64,000 nt of DNA from an uncultured Chloroflexia bacterium (GTDB lineage: Bacteria > Chloroflexota > Limnocylindria > QHBO01), in NCBI GenBank assembly GCA_963814375.1, contig CAWFCQ010000002.1, forward strand, positions 1-64,000, written 5' to 3'. Positions 9,612-18,647 of this stretch are shown piece after piece. The number at the start of each line of letters is the position of its first letter. The first letter of the stretch is position 1. The position numbers were made by a program, and so were the translations under genes. The notes under the pieces were generated by a model that worked only from the letters and a program-made list of their open reading frames with translations, searched no databases and was not told the DNA's origin.

Positions 9612-10163
9612 TCAGCGCCACGTCCCTGGCGTGCGCTTCCGACGCTCGGAGTCGCCATTCGCTCCTCCAGCCGCTAGGGCCTCGCCGATGATCCTCCAGG
9701 CGTCTTCGACACCGAGCCAGCCCCGCACGTCGGTGGGCCTTCGCTCGAGCGTCTTGTAGGTCTGGAAGAAGTTCTCGATCTCCAGCAGCCGGTGGGGAGA
9801 GAGGTCCTCGAGGCGTGTCGTCCCCTCCCAACGAGGATCGTCGTGAGCTACCGCGAGGATCTTGTGGTCGTGCCCCTTCTCGTCGGCCATGTCGAGGACG
9901 CCGACGGGCCGAGCGCGCACGACGCAGCCGGGAAAAGTTGGCTCGGCGATGACGACCAGAACGTCGAGCGGATCGCCGTCCTCGGCCAGGCTGCCCTCGA
10001 TGAAGCCGTAGTCGCACGGGTAGTGCACGCTCGAGTACAGGACGCGGTCGAGCACGAATCGGTGATGCAGGTGGTCGTACTCGTACTTGTTGCGACTGCC
10101 CGACGGGATCTCGACGACGACCTCGATGAGGTCGGGCGGACCGCCATCGGCAGGCTCGGTCAT
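9612..10163 (-). CDS. ppa: Inorganic pyrophosphatase (family I)
   Basis: VEIPSGSRNKYEYD, LDRVLYSSVHYPCDYGFI, DGDPLDVLV, DHKILAV, FFQTYKTLE. Confidence 0.95.
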   Translation of the reverse strand: MTEPADGGPPDLIEVVVEIPSGSRNKYEYDHLHHRFVLDRVLYSSVHYPCDYGFIEGSLAEDGDPLDVLVVIAEPTFPGCVVRARPVGVLDMADEKGHDHKILAVAHDDPRWEGTTRLEDLSPHRLLEIENFFQTYKTLERRPTDVRGWLGVEDAWRIIGEALAAGGANGDSERRKRTPGTWR

Positions 10164-10235
10164 GACAGCAGTATGCCCCGTCGCTCGCACGTCCTCTGAG
10201 TAGACTTGCCGGGCCGTGCCTCATCTCGACCGGAC

Positions 10236-10913
10236 GTGATCGTCGCCATCATCCCCGCTCGCGGCGGGTCGCGCGGCCTGCCGCGGAAGAACCTGCGCCG
10301 GGTCGGCGGACGCTCCCTCGTCGAGCTGGCCGTGCGCGCCGGGCTGGAGGCGCCTTCCGTGGCACGCGTCGTCGTCTCGACCGATGACGAGGCCATCGCC
10401 TCCGTCGCCGAGGGCTGTGGCGCCGAGGTCCCCTTTCGGCGCCCAACCCGCCTCGCCGCTGACGAGACCCCCACGATCGAGGTGCTGCGCCACGCGGTCG
10501 CCGAGCTGGAGGCCTCGGGAACAACCATCGAGATGGTGGTCACCCTCCAGCCGACGTCGCCGTTGCGTGGCGCGTCCCAGGTCGAGGCGGCCATCGAGCT
10601 GGTTCGCGGCGGGGCGGACTCCGCGGTCAGCGTGGCGCCGCTCGAGGTGCCGTGGAGCGTCATCGGATATGTCGCCGACGGCCGCTTCATCCGTGGCGAG
10701 CAACCGCCGGCGGCCGATGTCCGCCGCCAGGCCTCGCCGACGGCAGTCCGCATCACCGGCGCGATCTACGTGACGCGTCGCGAGCTCCTCGACCGCGGCC
10801 TCATCATCGGCCCTGACGCGGCGGCGCTCATGACGGAGGCTGCGGTTGCCGTCGACGTCGACACCGAGGCCGATCTTCGTCGAGCGCGCCGCATGCAGCG
10901 GGCGGGCTCGTAG
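10236..10913 (+). CDS. neuA: Acylneuraminate cytidylyltransferase (NeuA/LegF-like)
   Basis: IIPARGGSRGLPRKN, VVSTDD, LQPTSPLR, GAIY, VDVDTEAD; exact start uncertain. Confidence 0.9.
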   Translation: MIVAIIPARGGSRGLPRKNLRRVGGRSLVELAVRAGLEAPSVARVVVSTDDEAIASVAEGCGAEVPFRRPTRLAADETPTIEVLRHAVAELEASGTTIEMVVTLQPTSPLRGASQVEAAIELVRGGADSAVSVAPLEVPWSVIGYVADGRFIRGEQPPAADVRRQASPTAVRITGAIYVTRRELLDRGLIIGPDAAALMTEAAVAVDVDTEADLRRARRMQRAGS

Positions 10914-11555
10914 GTGAGCGCGAAGCGGCTGGTTATCGTCGGGGCCGGCGATCATGGCCGCGTCGTGGCCGATCTGGCGCGTTCCGCCGGGTGGGAGCCC
11001 ATCGGCTTCGTCGAGCGCACCGGCGCGGCCGACGACGCGACGCGGGAGGTCGCCGGCCTGCGGATCATCGGGAGCCTGGACCAGCCGAATGGCTGGCGCT
11101 CCGTGGCCTCGAGCTTCGCAACGGCACTGGGCGACAACCGCGCCCGGTCCGAGGCCTGGCGGCGCTGTCTCGAGCTCGGGCTGCTGCCGGCGCGGCTCGT
11201 CCATCCAACGGCGATCCTTCTCGGCGGCGCCGTGGTCGAGGACGGTGCCCACGTGTGCGCCGCCGCGCTGGTGGGGGTCGACGCGCGGGTTGGCGCCAAC
11301 GCGATCCTCAACACAGCGGCGACCGCCGATCACGACGCCGACATCGGCGCCCATGCGCAGCTCGGCCCGGGGGCTCACCTCGCCGGGAAGGTGCGGGTGG
11401 GCGAGGGGGCCTTCCTGGGAACGGGGGCGCTCGTGATCCCCGGCCGCACGATCGGGGCATGGGCGGTCGTCGCTGCGGGCGCGACGGTGATCGAGGACGT
11501 CGCCGAGGGCGAACGCGTGGGCGGGGTGCCGGCGCGTCCACTCGGCAGCGAGTGA
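10914..11555 (+). CDS. NeuD/PglD-family sugar acetyltransferase (LegH-like)
   Basis: IVGAGDHGRVV, ALGDNRAR, VHPTA, hexapeptide repeats with DHD, GVPAR. Confidence 0.9.
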   Translation: MSAKRLVIVGAGDHGRVVADLARSAGWEPIGFVERTGAADDATREVAGLRIIGSLDQPNGWRSVASSFATALGDNRARSEAWRRCLELGLLPARLVHPTAILLGGAVVEDGAHVCAAALVGVDARVGANAILNTAATADHDADIGAHAQLGPGAHLAGKVRVGEGAFLGTGALVIPGRTIGAWAVVAAGATVIEDVAEGERVGGVPARPLGSE

Positions 11556-11622
11556 GGCGAGACGTCGTTCGCCTATCATGCGACCGAGTCCGCCGTGCGG
11601 CGGGCGCGCACACGGAGGAGCC

Positions 11623-12834
11623 GTGAATCCATCGCCCGACGCCGCCGGCGCGCCGGCAGGACCGATGACCGCGACGCGTGCGGATCCACAGCAGGTGCTC
11701 GAGGCGATTCGTCGGGTGGTCGGCGCGGACGCGACCCTTCACTCGCCCGAGTTCGCCGGCAACGAGCGCGAGTATGTGCTCGACACGATCGACAGCGGCT
11801 GGGTCTCCTCGGTCGGGGATTATGTCGACCGCTTCGAGCGAACCCTCGCCGAGATCATCGGCGCCGAGTCCGTGGTGGCGGCCGTGAACGGGACGGCCGC
11901 GCTCCACATCGCGCTGCTCATCGGCGGGGTTCGACCAGGCGACGAGGTCCTGACGCCCGCGCTCACGTTTGTCGCGACCGCCAACGCGGTGACCTACTGC
12001 GGCGCGATCCCTCATTTCGTCGACGCGAGCGAGGAGACCCTCGGGATCGATCCGGCAGCCCTCGACGCTTACCTCGGTGAGATCGGCGATCGCGGGCCAG
12101 ACGGCGGCCTCCGCAACCGCCGCACCGGCCGGCCGATCCGCGCTGTGCTGCCGATGCACACTTTCGGCCACCCGGTCGATCTCGACCCGCTCATCGAGCT
12201 GTGCGAGCGCCACGGGATCACCCTGGTGGAGGACGCCGCCGAGAGTATCGGATCGACATACAAGGGCCGCCACACCGGCGCGCTCGGCCGGATCGGCGCC
12301 GTCAGCTTCAATGGCAACAAGACGGTCACCACCGGGGGCGGGGGAGCGGTGATATCGAGCGATCCGGAGCTCGGACGGCGGGCGAAGCACCTCACCACGC
12401 AGGCCAAGGCGCCTCATCGCTGGGAGTACATCCACGACGAGATCGGCTTCAACTACCGTCTTCCCAACATCAACGCGGCCCTGGGGTGTGCGCAGCTCGA
12501 GCAGCTCGATGGCTTCGTGAGCGACAAGCGCCGCCTGGCCGAGGCATACCTCGCCGCTTTCGAGCCGCTGTCCGGCGTCCGCGCCTTCCGCGAGCCGTCG
12601 TTCGCACGCAGCAACTATTGGCTCAACGCGATGCTGCTCGACGAGCCGGACATGGAGCTGCGCGACGAGATCCTCACCGTCACCAACGACGCGGGGCTCA
12701 TGACCCGGCCCGTCTGGCGACTCATGCATCGCCTGCCGATGTACGTCGACAACCCGCGCATGGACCTTTCGGTGGCCGAGTCGCTGGAGGCGAGGCTCAT
12801 CAACATGCCGAGCAGCGCCCGTCTCGGCCGCTGA
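11623..12834 (+). CDS. legC: LegC-family DegT/DnrJ aminotransferase
   Basis: GWVSSVG, NGTAALH, EDAAESIGS, SFNGNKTVTTGGGG, YNYR-like FNYRLPNINAALG, TRPVW; GGAGG RBS before GTG 11623. Confidence 0.9.
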   Translation: MNPSPDAAGAPAGPMTATRADPQQVLEAIRRVVGADATLHSPEFAGNEREYVLDTIDSGWVSSVGDYVDRFERTLAEIIGAESVVAAVNGTAALHIALLIGGVRPGDEVLTPALTFVATANAVTYCGAIPHFVDASEETLGIDPAALDAYLGEIGDRGPDGGLRNRRTGRPIRAVLPMHTFGHPVDLDPLIELCERHGITLVEDAAESIGSTYKGRHTGALGRIGAVSFNGNKTVTTGGGGAVISSDPELGRRAKHLTTQAKAPHRWEYIHDEIGFNYRLPNINAALGCAQLEQLDGFVSDKRRLAEAYLAAFEPLSGVRAFREPSFARSNYWLNAMLLDEPDMELRDEILTVTNDAGLMTRPVWRLMHRLPMYVDNPRMDLSVAESLEARLINMPSSARLGR

Positions 12835-12851
12835 GGTCGCGATCCGAACCT

Positions 12852-14006
12852 ATGCGCGTCGGGATCACGACCGGGACCCGGGCCGACTACGGGCTGACCC
12901 GGACCGTCGCCGATGGGATCGTCGCCGAGCCTGGCTGGACATTGGGCATGCTCGTGACCGCCGCCCACCTCGCGCCCGAGTTCGGCATGACAGTCCACCA
13001 GATCGAGGCGGACGGCCTGCCCATCGTCGCTCGGGTGCCGACCCTGGATGGCGACGACACCGGACTCGGCACGGCACGCGCGATCGGCCGCGGCACGAGC
13101 GGCTTCGCCGAGGCGCTCGACGCCTGGCGCCCCGACCTGCTGATGGTGGTCGGTGATCGCTTCGAGCAGCTCGCGGCCGCGGAGGCGGCCCTGGTGCTCG
13201 GCATACCGATGGCGCACCTGTACGGCGGCGACGTGACCGAGGGTGCCTTCGATGACGCCATCCGGCACGCGATCACGAAGATGGCACACCTGCATTTCGT
13301 CTCGAACGAGCCCGCCCGCCGGCGGGTGATCCAGATGGGAGAGGACCCCGATCGAGTCCACCTCGTGGGCAGCCCGGCCCTGGACCTCATGCTCGGCGCC
13401 GAGCTTCTCGATCGCGAGAGCCTCTCGCGAGAGCTCGGGATCGCGCTCGACGGTCGCACGGCTCTGGTGACGTTCCATCCCGCCACCCTCGACGATGAAC
13501 CGGCAACGGACCAGCTCGATGAGGTGCTCGAGGCGGTGGCCTCCGTGTCGCCGCCGCTCACCGTGATCATCACGCGCGCGAACGCCGACCCGCAGGGGCG
13601 CGCGGTGAACGCCCGCATCGACGCATGGCTCGACCGCAGGCCCGAGTGGCGCGCCTTCGACTCGCTCGGCCCGCTCCGCTACCACAGCCTGCTGAAGGTG
13701 GCCGCCGTGGTCGTCGGCAACTCGTCGTCCGGCCTGTACGAGGCACCGTCGTTCGGCGTTCCCGCGGTGAATGTCGGCGACCGGCAGCTCGGCCGCCTGC
13801 GCGCCTCCTCGGTCATCGACGTGCCGCCGCGCCGCGACACGATCAGTGCCGGGATCCAGACCGCGCTCAGTGGTGACTACCGGGGCACGACCAACCCGTA
13901 TGGCGACGGGAAGGCGACGCCGCGGATCATGGCCGTCCTGAGAGCGCTGGGCGACACGAGGAGCCTCCTGCGCAAGCGCTTCAACGATCTGCCCGCATCC
14001 CGATGA
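12852..14006 (+). CDS. neuC: Hydrolysing NDP-sugar 2-epimerase (NeuC/LegG)
   Basis: TGTRADYG, GDRFE, GGDVTEGAFDDAIRHAITK, TFHPAT, GNSSSG, GDRQLGR, NPYGDG. Confidence 0.92.
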   Translation: MRVGITTGTRADYGLTRTVADGIVAEPGWTLGMLVTAAHLAPEFGMTVHQIEADGLPIVARVPTLDGDDTGLGTARAIGRGTSGFAEALDAWRPDLLMVVGDRFEQLAAAEAALVLGIPMAHLYGGDVTEGAFDDAIRHAITKMAHLHFVSNEPARRRVIQMGEDPDRVHLVGSPALDLMLGAELLDRESLSRELGIALDGRTALVTFHPATLDDEPATDQLDEVLEAVASVSPPLTVIITRANADPQGRAVNARIDAWLDRRPEWRAFDSLGPLRYHSLLKVAAVVVGNSSSGLYEAPSFGVPAVNVGDRQLGRLRASSVIDVPPRRDTISAGIQTALSGDYRGTTNPYGDGKATPRIMAVLRALGDTRSLLRKRFNDLPASR

Positions 14007-15013
14007 GCGTCTTCTTCATCGCCGAGGCCGGGGTGAACCACAACGGATCGCTCGCCGCCGCGCTCGAGCTGGTCGAGGTTGCCGCGAGCGCCGGCGCCGA
14101 TGCCGTCAAGTTCCAGACCTTCCGCGCCTCGGCCCTGGTCACGGCGGCGACCGGAAAGGCGGCCTACCAGGCGCGGGCGACCGGTGGCGGCTCGCAGCTC
14201 GCCATGCTGGAGGCGCTCGAGCTCGACGAGGCCGCGCATCGCGCCATCGCCGAGCGATGCCGGGAGCGAGGCATCGAGTTCATGTCGGCTCCCTTCGACC
14301 ACGAGAGCCTCGATCTGCTCGTGCGCCTCGGGGTGCGGCGCGTCAAGCTCGGCTCCGGCGAGCTCACGAATGGTCCGCTGCTCGTCGCGGCCGCCGAGAC
14401 GGGTCTTCCACTGCTCCTCTCGAGCGGAATGGCGACCCTCGCCGAGGTCGTCGAGGCCGTCGCGCTGGTGCGGGGCGCCGGCGCGGCCGACGTCACGGTC
14501 CTGCACTGCACGACCGAGTACCCGGCGCCTTCCGAAGAGGTCAACCTGCGAGCGATGGCCACGCTGCGCGACGCCCTCGATCTCCCGATCGGCTACTCCG
14601 ACCACACGACCGGCACGACCGTGCCGATCGCGGCGGCGGCGCTCGGGGCCAAGGTCATCGAGAAGCACTTCACGACCGATCGCGAGCTGCCGGGGCCGGA
14701 CCACGCCGCCTCCCTCGAGCCACCCGAGCTGGTCGCGCTCGTCGCGGCGATCCGCACGGTCGAGGCCGCCATGGGCGACGGCGAGAAGCGTCCCTCCCCG
14801 GCCGAGATCCCCAACCTGGCGGTCGCGCGACGTAGCCTCGTCGCGTCCATCCGGATCAGCGACGGCGAGCCGTTCGCGGCGTCGAATGTCGCCTCGAAGC
14901 GACCCGGGACGGGCATCTCACCCATGCGCTACTGGGACCTGATCGGGCGTCGCGCGTCCCGCTCCTACGCGGCTGACGAGCTGATCGACCCTGTCGAGCT
15001 GGAGGTCGAGTGA
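14003..15013 (+). CDS. neuB: N-acetylneuraminate/legionaminate synthase (NeuB/LegI)
   Basis: FIAEAGVNHNG, AVKFQTF, LHCTTEYP, GYSDHT, IEKHFT, GPDH, C-terminal AFP/SAF domain KRPGTGISP. Confidence 0.95.
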   Translation: MSVFFIAEAGVNHNGSLAAALELVEVAASAGADAVKFQTFRASALVTAATGKAAYQARATGGGSQLAMLEALELDEAAHRAIAERCRERGIEFMSAPFDHESLDLLVRLGVRRVKLGSGELTNGPLLVAAAETGLPLLLSSGMATLAEVVEAVALVRGAGAADVTVLHCTTEYPAPSEEVNLRAMATLRDALDLPIGYSDHTTGTTVPIAAAALGAKVIEKHFTTDRELPGPDHAASLEPPELVALVAAIRTVEAAMGDGEKRPSPAEIPNLAVARRSLVASIRISDGEPFAASNVASKRPGTGISPMRYWDLIGRRASRSYAADELIDPVELEVE

Positions 15014-16065
15014 TGAGCGATCGGTGGAATGCGACCGTCGTCCCCTCCTCGATGCCGCTCCTCGAGGCGATGCGTGTGCTCGATGCGTCCGGCCTGCAGG
15101 TGCTGCTCGTCGTCGACCCCGACGGTCGCCTGGCCGGCACCGTCACCGACGGTGACGTGCGCCGCGCGATCCTGGCCCAGCAGCCGCTCGACGGGCCGGT
15201 GCTGGATGCCTCGCATCGCTCGCCCACGACGGCTCCGGCAGGCATCGGTCGCGCCGAGGCGCGCCGTCTCATGCGCGGCGCCGCCGTTCGGCAGCTTCCC
15301 CTCCTCGACGAGGGCGGTCGCCCAACCGGGCTCGAGCTGCTCGAGGCCGGCGAGAGGAGCCCTGCTCGGCCGAATCCGGTCGTGATCATGGCCGGAGGGC
15401 TTGGCAAGCGGCTCCGACCGTTGACCGAAGAGACGCCGAAGCCGCTGCTCCAGGTGGGAGGCCGGCCGCTCCTCGAAACGATCATCGACGCGTTTGCGGA
15501 GCACGGGTTCTCCGAGTTCTACCTGTCGGTCAACTACCGGGCGGACCAGGTCGAGTCGCACTTCGGCGACGGGAGCGCCATCGGGGTCCGCATCGCGTAC
15601 CTGCGCGAGGACGACTTCCTCGGCACAGCCGGCGCGGTGAGCCTGCTTCCATCGGTGCCGGACCATCCGGTCGTGGTGATGAACGGCGACATCCTCACGC
15701 GCGTGGACTTTCGGCAGCTGATCGAGTTCCACGATCGGACGGCCGCCGAGATGACGATGTGCGTTCGCGAGTACGACGTCGAGGTTCCCTACGGCGTGGT
15801 CGAGGTCGACGGCGAGCGAATCACGTCGCTCGTCGAGAAGCCGACGACGCGGCACTTCATCAACGCCGGGATCTACGTCCTCGCCCCGGAGGTGGTGGCC
15901 GCCGTGCGTCCGGGTGAGCCTACCGACATGACCGACCTCGCCGCCGACGTGCTCGCCCGCGAGGGAAACCTGCGTGCCTTCCCGATCCGCGAGTACTGGC
16001 TCGACATCGGCCACCTCGAGGACTTCGAGCGCGCCCAGGCCGACTTCGCGCGTCACTTCGGCTGA
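15013..16065 (+). CDS. CBS-domain nucleotidyltransferase (PtmE-like GDP-glucosamine pyrophosphorylase)
   Basis: N-terminal CBS pair (GTVTDGDVRR), MAGGLGKRLRPLT..PKPLL, LGTAG, VMNGD, NAGIYV, WLDIG. Confidence 0.88.
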   Translation: MSDRWNATVVPSSMPLLEAMRVLDASGLQVLLVVDPDGRLAGTVTDGDVRRAILAQQPLDGPVLDASHRSPTTAPAGIGRAEARRLMRGAAVRQLPLLDEGGRPTGLELLEAGERSPARPNPVVIMAGGLGKRLRPLTEETPKPLLQVGGRPLLETIIDAFAEHGFSEFYLSVNYRADQVESHFGDGSAIGVRIAYLREDDFLGTAGAVSLLPSVPDHPVVVMNGDILTRVDFRQLIEFHDRTAAEMTMCVREYDVEVPYGVVEVDGERITSLVEKPTTRHFINAGIYVLAPEVVAAVRPGEPTDMTDLAADVLAREGNLRAFPIREYWLDIGHLEDFERAQADFARHFG

Positions 16066-16070
16066 GCCGC

Positions 16071-17675
16071 ATGGCCCGCATCCTCGTCCTCGAGCCGGTC
16101 GCCCAACCGGCCATCGACGTTCTCTCTGCCTCGCACGATACGGTCATACGACATGGGCTGGAGCGCGAGGGGCTCCTCCTCGCGCTCGGCGAGGAGGGCG
16201 GCTGGGACGCGCTCGTGGTGCGTTCCCAGACCCGCGTCGATGGGGAGCTGCTGAACGCGGCGGCTCCCCGTCTGAGCGTGGTCGGCGTTGCCAGCGTCGG
16301 AACCGATCGGATCGACCTCGCCGCCGCGACGCGTGCCGGCGTGATGGTGGTGAACGCCCCGACCGGCAACACGATTGCGGCCGCCGAGCACACGATGGCA
16401 CTGATGCTCGCCCTGCTGCGGCGCATCCCCGATGCGGACGCGTCGGTTCGGACCGGCGCCTGGGAGCGCTCGCGTTACACCGGGCGAGAGCTGCGCGGCA
16501 AGACGCTCGGCATCGTCGGCCTCGGCAAGATCGGCCGGGCCGTGGCGCGTCGAGCCGGAGGCTTCGAGATGCGCGTGGTGGCGACCGACCCGTTCCTCAC
16601 CGAGGAGCAGGCGACCGAGGCCGGCGCGAAGCTCGTCGGCATGGCGGAGCTCCTCCACCGGTCGGACGTCATCACCGTCCACACCCCGCTCACTGCGCAG
16701 ACCCGCAACCTGATCGGCCGCGCCCAGCTCGAGGCCACCAAAGCCGGCGCCTTCGTCCTCAATGTCGCCCGTGGTGGGATCGTGGACGAGGCGGCCCTCG
16801 CCGACGCGCTCGCCTCCGGCCAGCTCGCCGGCGCGGCCGTCGACGTCTTCTCGGCCGAGCCGATGGCCGCCGACAACCCGTTGCGCTCGGCGCCGAACGT
16901 GGTGCTGACGCCGCACCTCGGCGCCTCCACCAGCGAGGCGCAGGACCGGGTCGGGATCGAGATGGCCGAGCAGGTGATCATGGCCCTCGCCGGCGTGACG
17001 CCGCCCTACGCGCTCAATGCGCCGGCGGTTGCCCCGGAGACGGCCCCACGCCTGCGCCCGTACGTCGAGCTCGGTCGCAGGCTGGCGCTCCTCGCGCGAC
17101 AGCTCGCGCCAGGCGCCTTCGATGCCGTCTCCCTGACGTATGCCGGCGAGATCGCGTCCGGTGAGTGCGCCCCGATCCGCACCGCCGCCGTCGCCGGGCT
17201 GCTCGAGGCGGTCACCGATCAGCGCGTCAACGCGGTCAACGCGGATCTCGTCGCCCACGAGCGCGGCCTCACCGTCCGCGAGGAGCGGACCGCCTCTTCC
17301 GAGCCGTGGGCCTCCCTGGTCGAGCTCGCCGTGGGCGCCGCGGACGGCGCGCCCCTGCTGACCCTGGCCGGCTCAACGGCACATGGGCGGCCGCATCTCG
17401 CGAGCCTCGACGGCTTCGCGATCGACGCCGAGCTGGCCGGCACGATGCTCGTGACGCGCCATCATGATCGGCCGGGCATCGTCGGCCGGGTCGGCACGAT
17501 GCTGGCCGATGCCGGCATCAATATCTCCTCGCTCGAGCTGTCGCGGCTCAGCGAGCGCGGCGAGGCGATGATGTTCGTGTCGGTCGACGACCCTCTCGAC
17601 GAGGCGGTGCTGGAGGGCGTGCGTGCCGCCGACGGCATCATCGAGGCACGTGTGGTGGAGCTGCCGCCGCGCTAG
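16071..17675 (+). CDS. serA: D-3-phosphoglycerate dehydrogenase (long form with ASB and ACT domains)
   Basis: VRSQT, NAPTGNTIAAAEH, GLGKIG, NVARGG, TPHLGASTSEAQ, ACT domain HHDRPG. Confidence 0.95.
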   Translation: MARILVLEPVAQPAIDVLSASHDTVIRHGLEREGLLLALGEEGGWDALVVRSQTRVDGELLNAAAPRLSVVGVASVGTDRIDLAAATRAGVMVVNAPTGNTIAAAEHTMALMLALLRRIPDADASVRTGAWERSRYTGRELRGKTLGIVGLGKIGRAVARRAGGFEMRVVATDPFLTEEQATEAGAKLVGMAELLHRSDVITVHTPLTAQTRNLIGRAQLEATKAGAFVLNVARGGIVDEAALADALASGQLAGAAVDVFSAEPMAADNPLRSAPNVVLTPHLGASTSEAQDRVGIEMAEQVIMALAGVTPPYALNAPAVAPETAPRLRPYVELGRRLALLARQLAPGAFDAVSLTYAGEIASGECAPIRTAAVAGLLEAVTDQRVNAVNADLVAHERGLTVREERTASSEPWASLVELAVGAADGAPLLTLAGSTAHGRPHLASLDGFAIDAELAGTMLVTRHHDRPGIVGRVGTMLADAGINISSLELSRLSERGEAMMFVSVDDPLDEAVLEGVRAADGIIEARVVELPPR

Positions 17676-17693
17676 GCCGCTTATCATCGGCGC

Positions 17694-18647
17694 ATGCCAA
17701 GGCCGTTCGCTTCGTCCGCGGACCTCGCCGAGAAGGAGGCGACCCTCGAGCCACTGGCCGACGGCGTCTTCGCCTTCACCGCCCAGGGCGACCCGAACGT
17801 CGGCTGCATCGTCGGGACCGATGCGATCCTCGCCATCGAGGCGCGCGCCACTCCGTTCATGGCGCAGCAGTGGATCGATGTCGTCCGCGACCGCGTCAGC
17901 GACCTGCCCTTCGGGGATCTCGTCCTGACCCACTACCACGCGGTCCGCACGCTCGGTGCGGCGGCCTTTGACGCGCGCCGGATCGTGGCCCACGCGAACA
18001 CGAAGGCACTGATCGACGAGCGCGGCCTCGCCGACTGGGCGTCGGAGAAGGCGCGGATGCCCCGTCTCTTCGCCGGGGCGGAGACGATCCCCGGGCTCAC
18101 CCACCCAACCGACACGTTCGACGACGCGACGACGATCGACCTCGGCAGCCGCACCGTCGAGCTGCGCCACCTCGGGCGCGGGCACACCTCCGGCGACCTC
18201 GTCGTCTGGCTGCCCGACGAGGGCATCTGCTTTGCCGGCGACCTCGTCGAGTCCCAGGCAGCGCCGTACATGGGCGACGCCCACGTCGGGGACTGGTCGA
18301 CCGCGACGCTCGATGCCGTGGCCGCGCTCGGCGCGACCCAGCTCGTGGGCGGCCGCGGTCCGGTCGTGCGCGGCGACGACGTCGCGACCGCCATTGACGA
18401 CACGCGGGCGTTCCTGCGGACGACGCTCGAGGGCACGCGCGAGGTAAAGAACGCCGGCGGCAGCCCGCGCGAGGCGTTTGCGCGAGTCCACGCGGCGCTC
18501 GCCCCGCGATACGCGGGCTTCCCGATCTTCGAGCACTGCATGCCGTTCAACGTCCAGCGCACCTGGGACGAGCTCGACGGCATCGATCATCCGCGCATCT
18601 GGACCGCGGAGCGTGATCGCGAGGTCTGGGACGCCCTCACCGACTGA
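17694..18647 (+). CDS. Metallo-beta-lactamase-fold protein with atypical THYHAVR motif
   Basis: GDPNVG, THYHAVR, GRGHTSGD, FAGDLVE. Confidence 0.8.
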   Translation: MPRPFASSADLAEKEATLEPLADGVFAFTAQGDPNVGCIVGTDAILAIEARATPFMAQQWIDVVRDRVSDLPFGDLVLTHYHAVRTLGAAAFDARRIVAHANTKALIDERGLADWASEKARMPRLFAGAETIPGLTHPTDTFDDATTIDLGSRTVELRHLGRGHTSGDLVVWLPDEGICFAGDLVESQAAPYMGDAHVGDWSTATLDAVAALGATQLVGGRGPVVRGDDVATAIDDTRAFLRTTLEGTREVKNAGGSPREAFARVHAALAPRYAGFPIFEHCMPFNVQRTWDELDGIDHPRIWTAERDREVWDALTD

